Positions 1 to 8,585 of a DNA stretch of 64,000 nt are shown piece by piece; the stretch's first letter is position 1, and the number at the start of each line of letters is the position of its first letter. The position numbers and the translations under genes are program-made. The notes under the pieces are model-generated. The model saw only the letters and a program-made list of their open reading frames with translations. It had not been told where the DNA came from and searched no databases. Where the stretch lies: NCBI GenBank assembly GCA_041651655.1, contig JBAZIW010000003.1, forward strand, positions 8,917 through 72,916. The letters are read 5' to 3'. The stretch comes from Minisyncoccota bacterium. GTDB lineage: Bacteria > Patescibacteriota > Minisyncoccia > Minisyncoccales > Minisyncoccaceae.

Positions 1-486
1 GTGGGAATTAACGATTTCAACTGCGGAACCGAATTCTCCCATATGCTGAGAAGCAATCGATTCAACTAATTCCTGAGTAGTCAATCGAATCATGTTGTCC
101 GGCACTTCGTTTTGAATCGGAAATCCTTCCGATTTTTCAATGAAGCTGTCAAAGTACATCGCATTATTGTTACCCGCAACAAAGAGGGTAAAGAAGAATG
201 CAACAACTATTATGCCGGTAATTCCACCACTAAGAATTGTCAGAGGTGATGAATTACCAAAGAAATCCCAGGTCAGGGAAATCCCGAATGCGATTACCAG
301 GTACCAAATCATGAGACTGTCGTTCACGTTGACGAAAATCAACAGCAAGCCGATGATCAGATAGGTTATTTCTTTTAGCAATACTACTGCACGGCTGTTT
401 TGGTTTCTCTTCCCAAAGCCAAGCACGAACTTGCCGATTGGCAAGCCGATTACGACCCATAATAAGAGCCAAATCCACCAAATCAT
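1..486 (-). CDS. hypothetical integral membrane protein (N-terminal part; ORF runs off the left window edge)
   Basis: Frame is open from ATG at 486 down to position 1 with no stop; it is absent from the ORF track because it is open-ended. The N-terminus MIWWIWLLLWVVIGLPIGKFVLGF is hydrophobic. A minus-strand TTGACA(565-560)-N17-TATAAA(542-537) promoter lies upstream. Confidence 0.55.
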   Translation of the reverse strand, partial: MIWWIWLLLWVVIGLPIGKFVLGFGKRNQNSRAVVLLKEITYLIIGLLLIFVNVNDSLMIWYLVIAFGISLTWDFFGNSSPLTILSGGITGIIVVAFFFTLFVAGNNNAMYFDSFIEKSEGFPIQNEVPDNMIRLTTQELVESIASQHMGEFGSAVEIVNSH

Positions 487-608
487 AGTAAACACCTTGA
501 GCTTTTCGGATTTCAAAGAGCGAAAAAGCTAACTATTTTATACAAAATATCAGCCAAACTGTCAATAATTTTGGTTTTTTAATTTAATTTTTGCTATAAT
601 CGATTTAT

Positions 609-1337
609 ATGAAAAATTGGATAAAAATTTCTATTATTATCATTTGTCTTTTTGTCGGACCATCTCTGTTTTCTTTTTTAATTAAAGAAGAACCGAAACC
701 TATATCTGTTAATGAAGATGCTATCAAAAAAGTAAAAACAGTTGTTGATACTTCTGCTTGGAATGAATACATTAATACCCAATTAGGATTTTCGATAAAG
801 ATTCCTCCCGAAACTCAAGGCCTTGATAGGTGCGGTGGAAGTAAAGAATCGCTTGTTCCTGTTAAAATCTTTCAAGACAACAATAATAACGCCGTCTATA
901 TCACACCCGAATATTATTATGACTACAGAAATGAAAAATGCGAAAAGATAGAAGCATCTCTTGCTTCATTAAAAGCTCAAGGCAATATTAATAAACCTTT
1001 TGTTGCCTGGAAAATTGATGTGGTAAAAATCAATAATCTTGATGATATTAAAAAATTCATCGATGATTATTATCATAATGGTTGTATCTATGCAAGCCAA
1101 CAATTAAATAAAGATGGCTTATATGATATTTATGTCACCGACGACGGTAAAACAACCGATGAAAACGGTTTAGGCTGTCCTGGAGAAATGCACTATAAAA
1201 TATTATATTCTCCAGAAAGACAAAAAATGATATCGATAAAACTTTCTATTGATTACGATTTCTTTCTATACAACGGTCCCTCCGGAGGCTTTGAAAATTT
1301 CGATCAGGAAATGATTAAAAGCTTAAAGTTTGAATAA
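609..1337 (+). CDS. hypothetical exported/membrane-anchored protein
   Basis: 242-aa ORF with an N-terminal hydrophobic segment (ISIIIICLFVGPSLFSFLI). An extended -10 TGCTATAAT (592-600) lies 8 nt before the ATG. Confidence 0.7.
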   Translation: MKNWIKISIIIICLFVGPSLFSFLIKEEPKPISVNEDAIKKVKTVVDTSAWNEYINTQLGFSIKIPPETQGLDRCGGSKESLVPVKIFQDNNNNAVYITPEYYYDYRNEKCEKIEASLASLKAQGNINKPFVAWKIDVVKINNLDDIKKFIDDYYHNGCIYASQQLNKDGLYDIYVTDDGKTTDENGLGCPGEMHYKILYSPERQKMISIKLSIDYDFFLYNGPSGGFENFDQEMIKSLKFE

Positions 1338-1404
1338 AATCTCCTACTATTGACAATATAGATTAATATATTGTATAATATATTTATAACAAGGAGGCTT
1401 GTTA

Positions 1405-1635
1405 TTGATTAACATTACTGATGGTCCAACAAAAGAAGAGCTTATCAAAGCTTTCGCCGATCGTACCAGAGTCGTAATGACCCTGAACGGTAACAAAAAG
1501 GAACAGAAGGTAATCAACACCCTTCAACACGAAGATGGAAGCGGATACAGTTTCAACTTCGTCACAATGGATGGTGTCAACGGGTATTACGATACTCGCA
1601 AAAGGCAGGGGATAATCAATTCTCAAAAAAAGTAA
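1405..1635 (+). CDS. small hypothetical protein (probable TTG start)
   Basis: TTGACA-N18-TATAAT promoter at ~1352-1381. AAGGAGG (1391-1397) sits 7 nt before TTG 1405; the ORF track starts the same frame at 1399. A hairpin terminator follows at ~1683-1720. Confidence 0.5.
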   Translation: MINITDGPTKEELIKAFADRTRVVMTLNGNKKEQKVINTLQHEDGSGYSFNFVTMDGVNGYYDTRKRQGIINSQKK

Positions 1636-1769
1636 GTCCCCATACTCCTAAATGCCCTCCAAAGGTTTAGGACGATGCAATAGCTCTCAGAGAAAATTCT
1701 CATCGAGAGCTTCTTTTATTATTGGGCTTATCCTATTGACAATATAATAATCTATTGTATGATGCAACA

Positions 1770-2003
1770 ATGCTCATTAAAAATTTAAAGAAAAGTCGTT
1801 CGAATAAATACATTTACGAGTTACGTTGGGAAAAGGAAACAAGTGGATTCTTTCCCTCTATAATCTTCGCTGATTCGGAAGTGATAGAAACCGCTCCCAC
1901 CAGTGAAGTGAAGCTTGCAGATATAATGGTTCAGAACGTAGAAAAGAGAATTCAAAAGATTCGCGACGATTTCATTCGCGAGGCAGCACGATCAAACTCA
2001 TAG
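1770..2003 (+). CDS. small hypothetical protein (leaderless start)
   Basis: TTGACA (1735-1740)-N17-TATGAT (1758-1763) lies 6 nt before ATG 1770. This is the same frame as track ORF 1755..2003. Confidence 0.5.
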   Translation: MLIKNLKKSRSNKYIYELRWEKETSGFFPSIIFADSEVIETAPTSEVKLADIMVQNVEKRIQKIRDDFIREAARSNS

Positions 2004-2084
2004 AGTTGATCGTTTTTTATTTTATAAACTTGCCAGTCCTTATTATAATTTAGTATAATAAATGCAGATAATAATAAAAATCAT

Positions 2085-2615
2085 ATGAAAAATTCTTGGA
2101 CCAAAGATGCTCCCAATCTTCTAGTGATTAATGGAATATTCACTGCCTTGTCAGTAATCTTAATTCCGATAGTTTTGCAAGACAACGGAGCGTTAAAAGA
2201 GAATTGGATTGCCCCAATATTTTTATTAATCTTCACTTTCGGTTTATTTGCCTTAACCGCGGCTAAGATAGCCGAAGCAGTTGAACAGAACAATCTGCAA
2301 AAATACGTTTCTTATCTATTATTATACAATCTAGCGGTAATCCTTTTGTTTGTTTCGATAGGATTGGTGATATATTATCATTATTCACCGTCTAATACGG
2401 TTTTAATCTATCTTATCGCCTCAATTACGCTGGTTTGTCTTCCTTGGATCAGAGACTTCTTCTGGCTGTTATTTGTGAACAAAAAAGACTTTGATAAATA
2501 CTTAGCCGGATTAAGGGGAGACACCGAACCGCAGACCGATTACTGGATATTCTCTTTCACCAAGCTATTCGGAGAGATAAGAGGATGGAATGACGCTCCA
2601 CGCAAAAAGAAATAA
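2085..2615 (+). CDS. hypothetical multi-pass membrane protein
   Basis: 176-aa ORF with several hydrophobic helices. Confidence 0.7.
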   Translation: MKNSWTKDAPNLLVINGIFTALSVILIPIVLQDNGALKENWIAPIFLLIFTFGLFALTAAKIAEAVEQNNLQKYVSYLLLYNLAVILLFVSIGLVIYYHYSPSNTVLIYLIASITLVCLPWIRDFFWLLFVNKKDFDKYLAGLRGDTEPQTDYWIFSFTKLFGEIRGWNDAPRKKK

Positions 2616-2757
2616 ATCAGTCTTTTTCATTTGACCGATTAAACATTGGATGCTATCATAGTTACAAGATAGTTAATTAATAGTAATATAGTCGAGACTA
2701 TTAAGGAACTAAACTTTAGGGTAAAACCTTAAAAATTATCAAGTAAATTTTAAATCA

Positions 2758-2955
2758 ATGGAAGGAACAATCAAAAACCTTACCGACAAAGGATTCGGCT
2801 TCATCACAGTTGATGGAGAGGAAAAAGATTTATTTTTTCACAGTAATGAACTTAAGGGCGTAAGCTTCGACGAGTTGAAAACTGGTGACAGAGTATCTTT
2901 CGAAAAAGGTGAATCTCCAAAGGGTCCTAACGCAGTAAACGTTAGCCGCATCTAA
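2758..2955 (+). CDS. cold-shock domain protein (CspA family)
   Basis: 65 aa with RNP-1-like KGFGFI and FFH motifs (MEGTIKNLTDKGFGFITVDGEEKDLFFHSNEL). Long ~100 nt 5' UTR downstream of TTGACC-N17-TATCAT. Confidence 0.9.
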   Translation: MEGTIKNLTDKGFGFITVDGEEKDLFFHSNELKGVSFDELKTGDRVSFEKGESPKGPNAVNVSRI

Positions 2956-2970
2956 GGAAATCAAACAAAG

Positions 2971-2996
2971 CCAGACTCTCTCGAGTCTGGTTTTTT
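2971..2996 (+). terminator. rho-independent terminator after the csp gene
   Basis: CCAGACTC-tctc-GAGTCTGG hairpin followed by TTTTTT. Confidence 0.8.
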
Positions 2997-3032
2997 GTTT
3001 GCATTAAAAATAAGGCTTGATATAATAAAAAC

Positions 3033-3542
3033 ATGGAAAAGATAACTTTTAGAGAACCGAAGACAAACGATGTGAAATCAGCCCTGGAAATGATTAGTTC
3101 TTTGGTAGACGAAAAAGCATACATACTGGTTCAGAAAAAACCAACCCTGAAAGAAGAAAAAGAATTTTGGAAAAAACTAATGAAAGAATCGAAAGAAAAA
3201 ATAAGGGTTGTTTCACTAATAGATGTTAACGGAAAAGTATACGGTATTAGCGATATTTCTCTGGTTGATAAAGAAGTAAGAAAACATGTCGGTGATCTCG
3301 GAATATCATTAAAAAAAGAAATAAGAGGTAGGGGATTAGGAGAAAAACTTTTAAGAAAGATTATAGATAAAGCTCGTAAAGAATTAAAAATAGAAATAGT
3401 AACCCTTACTGCTTTTTCAAAAAACAAGGTCGCCATCAATTTATACAAAAAGGTGGGTTTCAAAAAATTAGGCACCATTAAAAAGGGTGTAAGCCACTAC
3501 GGAAAATTAATGGATCAAGATATAATGGTAAAATATATATAA
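3033..3542 (+). CDS. GNAT-family N-acetyltransferase
   Basis: The R/QxxGxG/A-like acetyl-CoA motif IRGRGLGEKLLRKII and the overall 169-aa size fit GNAT. An extended -10 TGATATAAT ends 6 nt before the ATG. Confidence 0.8.
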   Translation: MEKITFREPKTNDVKSALEMISSLVDEKAYILVQKKPTLKEEKEFWKKLMKESKEKIRVVSLIDVNGKVYGISDISLVDKEVRKHVGDLGISLKKEIRGRGLGEKLLRKIIDKARKELKIEIVTLTAFSKNKVAINLYKKVGFKKLGTIKKGVSHYGKLMDQDIMVKYI

Positions 3543-3544
3543 AT

Positions 3545-3961
3545 ATGACAAAAACAACAAAAATAGTAATGACAGTTTATCTCTACACCGTCTCATTGAT
3601 TGCCTTAATCTTCTTTGCAGTCGGAATGGGCAATCTAATTAACACTTCTCTTAAAGCATTTGTTTTTACCGAAGCGGAAAAGAGAGATTACAGTATGTGT
3701 AACGAACAACCTTATTTCTATTCAACCGTTCAGGCTGAAAAGATAAAGGAAAGCGGAATAACTTTAGAAGAGCAGCAACAAATAGATAATATGATTAGCG
3801 ATTACAATAATTGGAAGATCAGAAACACCGGAGACTCCTGTATTAAGTCAGAACGACAGAAAAGAATGCTTGATTCAATCACTATGATTCTAATTGCTTT
3901 CCCAATCTACATTCTTCACTGGAGAATGGCCAGAAAAGAAAGAAATGAGGCTGAAAGCTAA
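3545..3961 (+). CDS. hypothetical membrane protein
   Basis: 138 aa with N- and C-terminal hydrophobic helices. Tightly coupled to the preceding gene. Confidence 0.65.
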   Translation: MTKTTKIVMTVYLYTVSLIALIFFAVGMGNLINTSLKAFVFTEAEKRDYSMCNEQPYFYSTVQAEKIKESGITLEEQQQIDNMISDYNNWKIRNTGDSCIKSERQKRMLDSITMILIAFPIYILHWRMARKERNEAES

Positions 3962-4043
3962 TATGTGGAAGAGGGCAGTTGCCCTCTTTTTTCTTTTATG
4001 CTAAAACATATTTAGTGTTATTTGACAACTATTGGTGATTACG

Positions 4044-4373
4044 ATGTTTGACAAAGAAAAAATCAAGGAAGAACTGAAAGGTGTACCGAACGATGAACTC
4101 AAGGAAAACATCAGGAAGCTTTTATATAAGAAAGACTTACCCGAAAAAGATGTTTTCTCATTAAAAATTCTAATCATTGAAGAACTGATCAGAAAAGGAA
4201 AACTGATTGTCTTACTCGATGATCCTTCCGGGATTCCGTATAAGACAAGAATCGAAACACTCAAACCTCAAGATATGGATCTCATTCTCAAGCAATACCT
4301 GTACCACAGTATACCCTTGGAATGCATTGTCCATACAGAAGGAGTAATCTTTAACCACATAGAGACGACATAA
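4044..4373 (+). CDS. hypothetical protein
   Basis: ORF-track frame 4032..4373; the first ATG is at 4044 (MFDKEKIKEEL). Confidence 0.5.
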   Translation: MFDKEKIKEELKGVPNDELKENIRKLLYKKDLPEKDVFSLKILIIEELIRKGKLIVLLDDPSGIPYKTRIETLKPQDMDLILKQYLYHSIPLECIVHTEGVIFNHIETT

Positions 4374-4418
4374 CCGTCTCTCTTTTTTTATAAAATAAAA
4401 GTGCTATAATATTACCAT

Positions 4419-4943
4419 ATGAAAAAAGCAGCTATTATTATCGCTTCGGAAAACTTTCGCGATGAAGAATATTTCGTCACCAAAGAAGTTCTTGAAAAGA
4501 ATGGCATTTCCGTTACCACGGTTTGCGACAAAACTAAAGCGATTGGAAAGTTCGGCGGGGAAGCTTTTGCCGACCTTTTGATTGATGATTTAAATATCGA
4601 TGATTTCGACGCTATCATCTTTGCCGGAGGTCAGGGAGCGGTAAAACTATTGGATAATGAAATGACCTATCTGATCTTAAGAAAAGCCATGATTATGAAA
4701 AAGCTGATTGCCGCAATCTGTATTGCTCCAACATTATTGGCCAACGCTGGAATCTTGAAAGAAAAGAGGGCCACTGTCTGGTCAACTGACATGGACAAAT
4801 CAGCCATCAGAATCCTTCAATTAAACGACGCTATTTATGAAAGAAAGTCCATTGTTCAAGACGGCAATATTATTACCGCTGAAAACGCTGAATACGCTCA
4901 GGAATTCGGAGAAGCCATTGCGGCTTATTTGACAAAAAGCTAA
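4419..4943 (+). CDS. DJ-1/PfpI family protein
   Basis: Nucleophile-elbow context AAICIAP and FAGGQG are typical of DJ-1/PfpI. An extended -10 TGCTATAAT (4402-4410) lies 8 nt before the ATG. Confidence 0.85.
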   Translation: MKKAAIIIASENFRDEEYFVTKEVLEKNGISVTTVCDKTKAIGKFGGEAFADLLIDDLNIDDFDAIIFAGGQGAVKLLDNEMTYLILRKAMIMKKLIAAICIAPTLLANAGILKEKRATVWSTDMDKSAIRILQLNDAIYERKSIVQDGNIITAENAEYAQEFGEAIAAYLTKS

Positions 4944-4956
4944 AAATAGATATAAT
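4929..4956 (+). promoter_or_regulatory. consensus sigma70-type promoter of rplJ-rplL
   Basis: TTGACA 4929-4934, 16-nt spacer, TATAAT 4951-4956. Confidence 0.7.
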
Positions 4957-4973
4957 CAGAGTATAAATAAATA

Positions 4974-5049
4974 TTCCACAGAAAACAGGCATTCATAAGT
5001 CCTGTTGAGGAAAAAACAATAGCAATATTGTGTTAGGTCGTCTGTGGAA
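4974..5049 (+). promoter_or_regulatory. structured rplJ leader (candidate L10-leader autoregulatory RNA)
   Basis: A 9-bp closing helix TTCCACAGA (4974-4982)/TCTGTGGAA (5041-5049) encloses hairpins AACAGG..CCTGTT and ACAATA..TATTGT. A U-run follows before ATG 5069. Confidence 0.5.
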
Positions 5050-5068
5050 TCACAGATTTTTTAATTAT

Positions 5069-5590
5069 ATGGCATTAACAAGAGAACAAAAGCAAAAAAT
5101 CATCACCGACCTTGAAACCAAAATCGATAAGCAAAAGTCAATCGTTTTCATGGACTTTAGCAAGATTAAGGTTAAGGAATTGGCTAAATTAAGAGAAAGC
5201 CTTAAGAAAGAAGGCAGTGAGATGAAAGTAGCCAAGAAGAGTTTAATGGAAATCGCTTTAAAGAATAAAAACGTTTCCCTTGATTCAAACAAATTAGCAG
5301 GAGAGGTAGCCATCGTCTTCGGTTACGAAGATGAGATCGCTCCCAGCAAAATAGTCTATCAATTCTCAAAAGAGAACGCTAACGCTAAAATCTTAGGAGG
5401 ATTTCTAGAAAACAAGTTTTGCGAAATGGCCGATGTTATCAAATTAGCCGAATTGCCAAGTAAAGAACAGTTATTGGGAATGCTTGTTGGAACATTATCC
5501 GCTCCAGCAACTAACCTAGTCGGTGTTCTTTCCGGTAATATGAGGAAATTGGTATTAGCCCTTTCCCAGATAAGAGATCAAAAAGCATAA
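5069..5590 (+). CDS. rplJ: 50S ribosomal protein L10
   Basis: MALTREQKQKIITDLETKIDKQKSIVFMDFSKIKVKELAKLR is a typical L10 N-terminus. Located directly upstream of rplL. The upstream extension to 5030 in the track is unlikely. Confidence 0.92.
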   Translation: MALTREQKQKIITDLETKIDKQKSIVFMDFSKIKVKELAKLRESLKKEGSEMKVAKKSLMEIALKNKNVSLDSNKLAGEVAIVFGYEDEIAPSKIVYQFSKENANAKILGGFLENKFCEMADVIKLAELPSKEQLLGMLVGTLSAPATNLVGVLSGNMRKLVLALSQIRDQKA

Positions 5591-5611
5591 TAAATAATAA
5601 AATATAAACAT

Positions 5612-6025
5612 ATGGCAGAAGAAACAGAAGTAATCGAAGTTCCTGAAAAGTTCAAAAAGTTAGTTGAAGAAGTAGAAAAAATGTCAGTTCTAGATTTAGC
5701 TGAATTAGTAAAAGTATTAGAAAAGAAGTTCGGTGTATCAGCTGCTCCTCAAATGATGGCTGCTGCTGCCGCTCCAGCTGCCGGCGCTGCCGCTGCTGAA
5801 GAGAAATCTTCTTTCAACGTAGTATTAACATCAGCCGGTGACAAGAAAATCGAAGTCATCAAGGTTGTAAGAGACTTGACCCAGAAAGGATTAAAAGAAG
5901 CCAAGGATTTAGTTGACGCTATCGCTACAGCTCCTCAAACAATCAAGGAGGATGCTAAGAAAGAAGAAGCTGAAGAAATGAAAAAGAAATTCACAGAAGC
6001 TGGTGCAACTGTAGAATTAAAATAA
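5612..6025 (+). CDS. rplL: 50S ribosomal protein L7/L12
   Basis: Ala-rich hinge [16 protein letters not shown] and C-terminal [18 protein letters not shown]...GATVELK. Confidence 0.96.
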   Translation: MAEETEVIEVPEKFKKLVEEVEKMSVLDLAELVKVLEKKFGVSAAPQMMAAAAAPAAGAAAAEEKSSFNVVLTSAGDKKIEVIKVVRDLTQKGLKEAKDLVDAIATAPQTIKEDAKKEEAEEMKKKFTEAGATVELK

Positions 6026-6037
6026 GGATAACAAAAC

Positions 6038-6061
6038 GACTCCGTGAAAACGGAGTTTTTT
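6038..6061 (+). terminator. rho-independent terminator of rplL
   Basis: GACTCCGT-gaaa-ACGGAGT followed by TTTTT. Confidence 0.8.
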
Positions 6062-6066
6062 GTTTT

Positions 6067-6832
6067 AAAAAAAGAAAACCGCGGAAGCAATTTGTTTGCT
6101 TACGCGGCGGTGTTTGAAATAAGAAGTTGGTCGGAGGAGATGAGGGCTTTTGGGATTATCGAGCCTACTTGAACGAATTCTTTCGGTCTATTGATCTTTC
6201 CCTTGGGATGCCCTTACCTTGTAGCTGTTTGTAGCAACTACTTCACTGTGGTGTGGTTTGTCCTAGCTAACTTTGTAGCTTTTTAGCAATTCTCCTTTTT
6301 GTATTGCTATAGATTTTTTTGTTCGGGGGGTCACGGGGGACGAGAAAAAGCTGATCTTCCAGGGGTGTGAGCGGGTATCGATATCACTGATCAATGTGAG
6401 AGCAGAAACGCTTCTCCAAGATGCCGGCTCTTAACGCTCCGATGATGAGCTATGAACATTTAGACTCGTCGCCCAACAGGTCAGAAGAAACATGAGTGAG
6501 GATATTATCCCCATCATCCAACGGCGCTAAGAAGCGCCGAACTGTCAAAGATTTTTTATCATTGAAGTCCTCCTTACAGGGGGGTCCGGGCAGGCCTGGG
6601 TTACGGGTAGATCTCGGTACCGGCATTCATCACATAGGTGTTGGTAAGCTGCCTTATCACGATCATATTTCCCACCACCTCCAGGGGTGAAAAGTGTTCG
6701 AACGTTCTTACGTGCAATAGCTTTCTAGTGCCACCACTTCTTGGTGGCTGTTTTCAAGGATAATCAATATCCCTTAAAACAACCACCAAAACCATCTTCT
6801 TATTTAAATAAAATGAGCTATTAACTTACAAG
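6067..6832 (-). ncRNA. candidate ~760-nt structured non-coding RNA (unclassified)
   Basis: Minus-strand TTGACA (6865-6860)-N17-TATTGT (6842-6837) promoter. Minus-strand terminator hairpin 6079-6107 followed by UUUUCUUUUUUU (6078-6067). No ORF of 60 aa or more on that strand. G+C is visibly higher than in the flanks. Long helices are present, e.g. 6743-6759/6771-6787. Confidence 0.45.
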
Positions 6833-6913
6833 CCATACAATAACTTCTTTTGTTAATTTTGTCAAGAGGGGGACAATAAAACAAAAACACCCTCTCGGGT
6901 GCTTTGTTTTAAA

Positions 6914-7642
6914 TTACTGACAAAGACTGGCTGGTTGATTTCCTGTCGCAAGACAGATAACCTTCTTTAAAGAAGCTTTTTCAGATTCTTCTCCGGCAGA
7001 TTCGCCTGATCCGATTCTGAAATATTTACAACCAATTACCAAAGTGGGAACTGATCCGGTACTGTATTTATTAAAAACATCAGAATCTGTATCACTATCA
7101 ATGTTCTCGTGGTATGAAATAGTATCTCCGAATTCTTTAACTACACCTTGAAGGATCGGCTTCTCCCAGACACAGTGAGGACAGCCTGATGAACCAAAGA
7201 AGTATACAATCGGTTTTCCATTTTCAGAACAAACCTCTGTATCCTTTGCTTCAGAGAAACTTCCATCTAATTGTGTATCAGTAGTTTCTACTGTTGAACC
7301 TGTTTGTGTAGTGGATCCTGTTCCTTGATTTGGATCTTTAGTCATATCATATGGTTCACTGGCAAAAAGGTATTTTCCATCAGTACTTACATATGAACCG
7401 AATTTGTTTCCAGAAATTTCGATAGTTATTTTTCTAAGATTTCCAATCTGTTCTTTATCAACACTAACCAATGTTGCTGTTGTGCCTTCGGCTAATAAAT
7501 ATTTGTTAATGTATTCGATTCCTTTCTGAGCCGCTTTATCGGCCGAACCGAACATTGACTGAGAAAGCATTAACGCAAGAACGATAGAAATAACTGCAAG
7601 GATTATGGTGGCAATCTTCCACCTGTCTAACTTGATTTTCAT
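6914..7642 (-). CDS. membrane-anchored thioredoxin-fold (DsbA/thioredoxin-like) protein
   Basis: N-terminal TM helix (IATIILAVISIVLALML) and the CPHC active-site motif (FFGSSGCPHCVWEKP). Confidence 0.75.
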   Translation of the reverse strand: MKIKLDRWKIATIILAVISIVLALMLSQSMFGSADKAAQKGIEYINKYLLAEGTTATLVSVDKEQIGNLRKITIEISGNKFGSYVSTDGKYLFASEPYDMTKDPNQGTGSTTQTGSTVETTDTQLDGSFSEAKDTEVCSENGKPIVYFFGSSGCPHCVWEKPILQGVVKEFGDTISYHENIDSDTDSDVFNKYSTGSVPTLVIGCKYFRIGSGESAGEESEKASLKKVICLATGNQPASLCQ

Positions 7643-7736
7643 GACGTGTTTTTTATTATTATATTTTGAATTATATCAACTTAAGAATAAAAAAGCAATA
7701 ATCAAGCCCCGCGCTTGCGGGGCTGTTAATTAAATA

Positions 7737-8006
7737 TTATTCTTCTTCGTCCGCATCATCGTCGTCATCGCCGAATTCTTCATCAATATCGTCATCGTCT
7801 TCGTCGATATCATCGTCGTCGTCAATGTCGTCATCGTCTTCGTCATCATCATCAGATACTTCGTCATCAGAATCAAACTCTCCGGTAACTTCTTCATCTT
7901 CTTCTGTTTCTTCCTCTTCTGTCTCCTCTTCTTCAGGAGCTTCACAAGATTCGTCTTCTTCTAACATTGATACAACTTCTTCGTTTACTGTTTCTTCAAA
8001 AATCAT
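7737..8006 (-). CDS. hyper-acidic small protein (Asp/Glu-rich)
   Basis: 89-aa ORF, more than half D/E (…DDDDEDDDDIDDDDDIDEDDDDIDEEFGDDDDDADEEE). A hairpin AGCCCCGC-gctt-GCGGGGCT lies downstream at 7703-7724. Confidence 0.55.
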   Translation of the reverse strand: MIFEETVNEEVVSMLEEDESCEAPEEEETEEEETEEDEEVTGEFDSDDEVSDDDDEDDDDIDDDDDIDEDDDDIDEEFGDDDDDADEEE

Positions 8007-8210
8007 AAAATTTTATTAAAGGTTAATTGTGAACACTTTATCTTTTTTAGAAAAGATAATATTTGTTATTTTTGTTATAAAGTGCCGACCTTTTTCTATT
8101 GATGTTATCCATTATAATTATGGAAAGATTATTGTCAAGAGTCAAAATTATGGACATTTTAATCAAAACAGTTATAATCAATATAACGACATAAAGATTG
8201 CCAAAAAAGA

Positions 8211-8585
8211 ATGAATATTTTTATCAAATATCTATACTGGCAGCTAATACTCACTCCCAAAAAAGTTTTATTTATCCTTAAGAATTATCTTGCTTTTGGA
8301 TTTGATTTCTTTTCCATAAAAGAGACTTTACGCTCTCTTTTTTCTCCCTGGAGAAGATACCTCTGGGATTACGGCCGGGGATTTGATTTCGGTAGATATT
8401 TCGAAGTCTTCCTTTCCAATATCATCACCAGAGTAATCGGATTCATTATGAGGCTTTTCCTGATTGCTTTCTTTTTAATCTATGAAATTATCGTTCTAGC
8501 GCTGGGGATAATCCTGTTCTTCGCTTCAATAGTTTATCCCTTCTTCTTTATTGCAGCTTTAATATACGGCTTTAAATACCTATGA
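8211..8585 (+). CDS. hypothetical membrane protein
   Basis: 124 aa with a hydrophobic C-terminal half. 4-nt ATGA overlap with the following Clp-family gene. Confidence 0.6.
   Translation: MNIFIKYLYWQLILTPKKVLFILKNYLAFGFDFFSIKETLRSLFSPWRRYLWDYGRGFDFGRYFEVFLSNIITRVIGFIMRLFLIAFFLIYEIIVLALGIILFFASIVYPFFFIAALIYGFKYL

Noticed and set aside
6496-6690. 64-aa plus-strand ORF (GTG start) inside the GC-rich ORF-free region
   Set aside because: It has no promoter or RBS and its composition is Gly/Pro/Arg-rich noise. It lies antisense within a unit that has minus-strand promoter and terminator signals. It is more likely a chance ORF in GC-richer DNA.
7730-8019. Alternative-frame ORFs over the acidic repeat (7730..7945 minus, 7825..8019 plus)
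   Set aside because: These are frame-shifted or antisense readings of the GAT/GAA repeat (poly-Ser, or Lys/Thr/Met-rich). Only the D/E frame has a plausible ATG start and downstream terminator.
8029-8214. 61-aa ORF upstream of the membrane protein/Clp operon
   Set aside because: GTG start in an AT-rich promoter-like region, with no RBS or -10 spacing. Its composition (N/Y/I/K-rich) is typical of non-coding AT-rich DNA.
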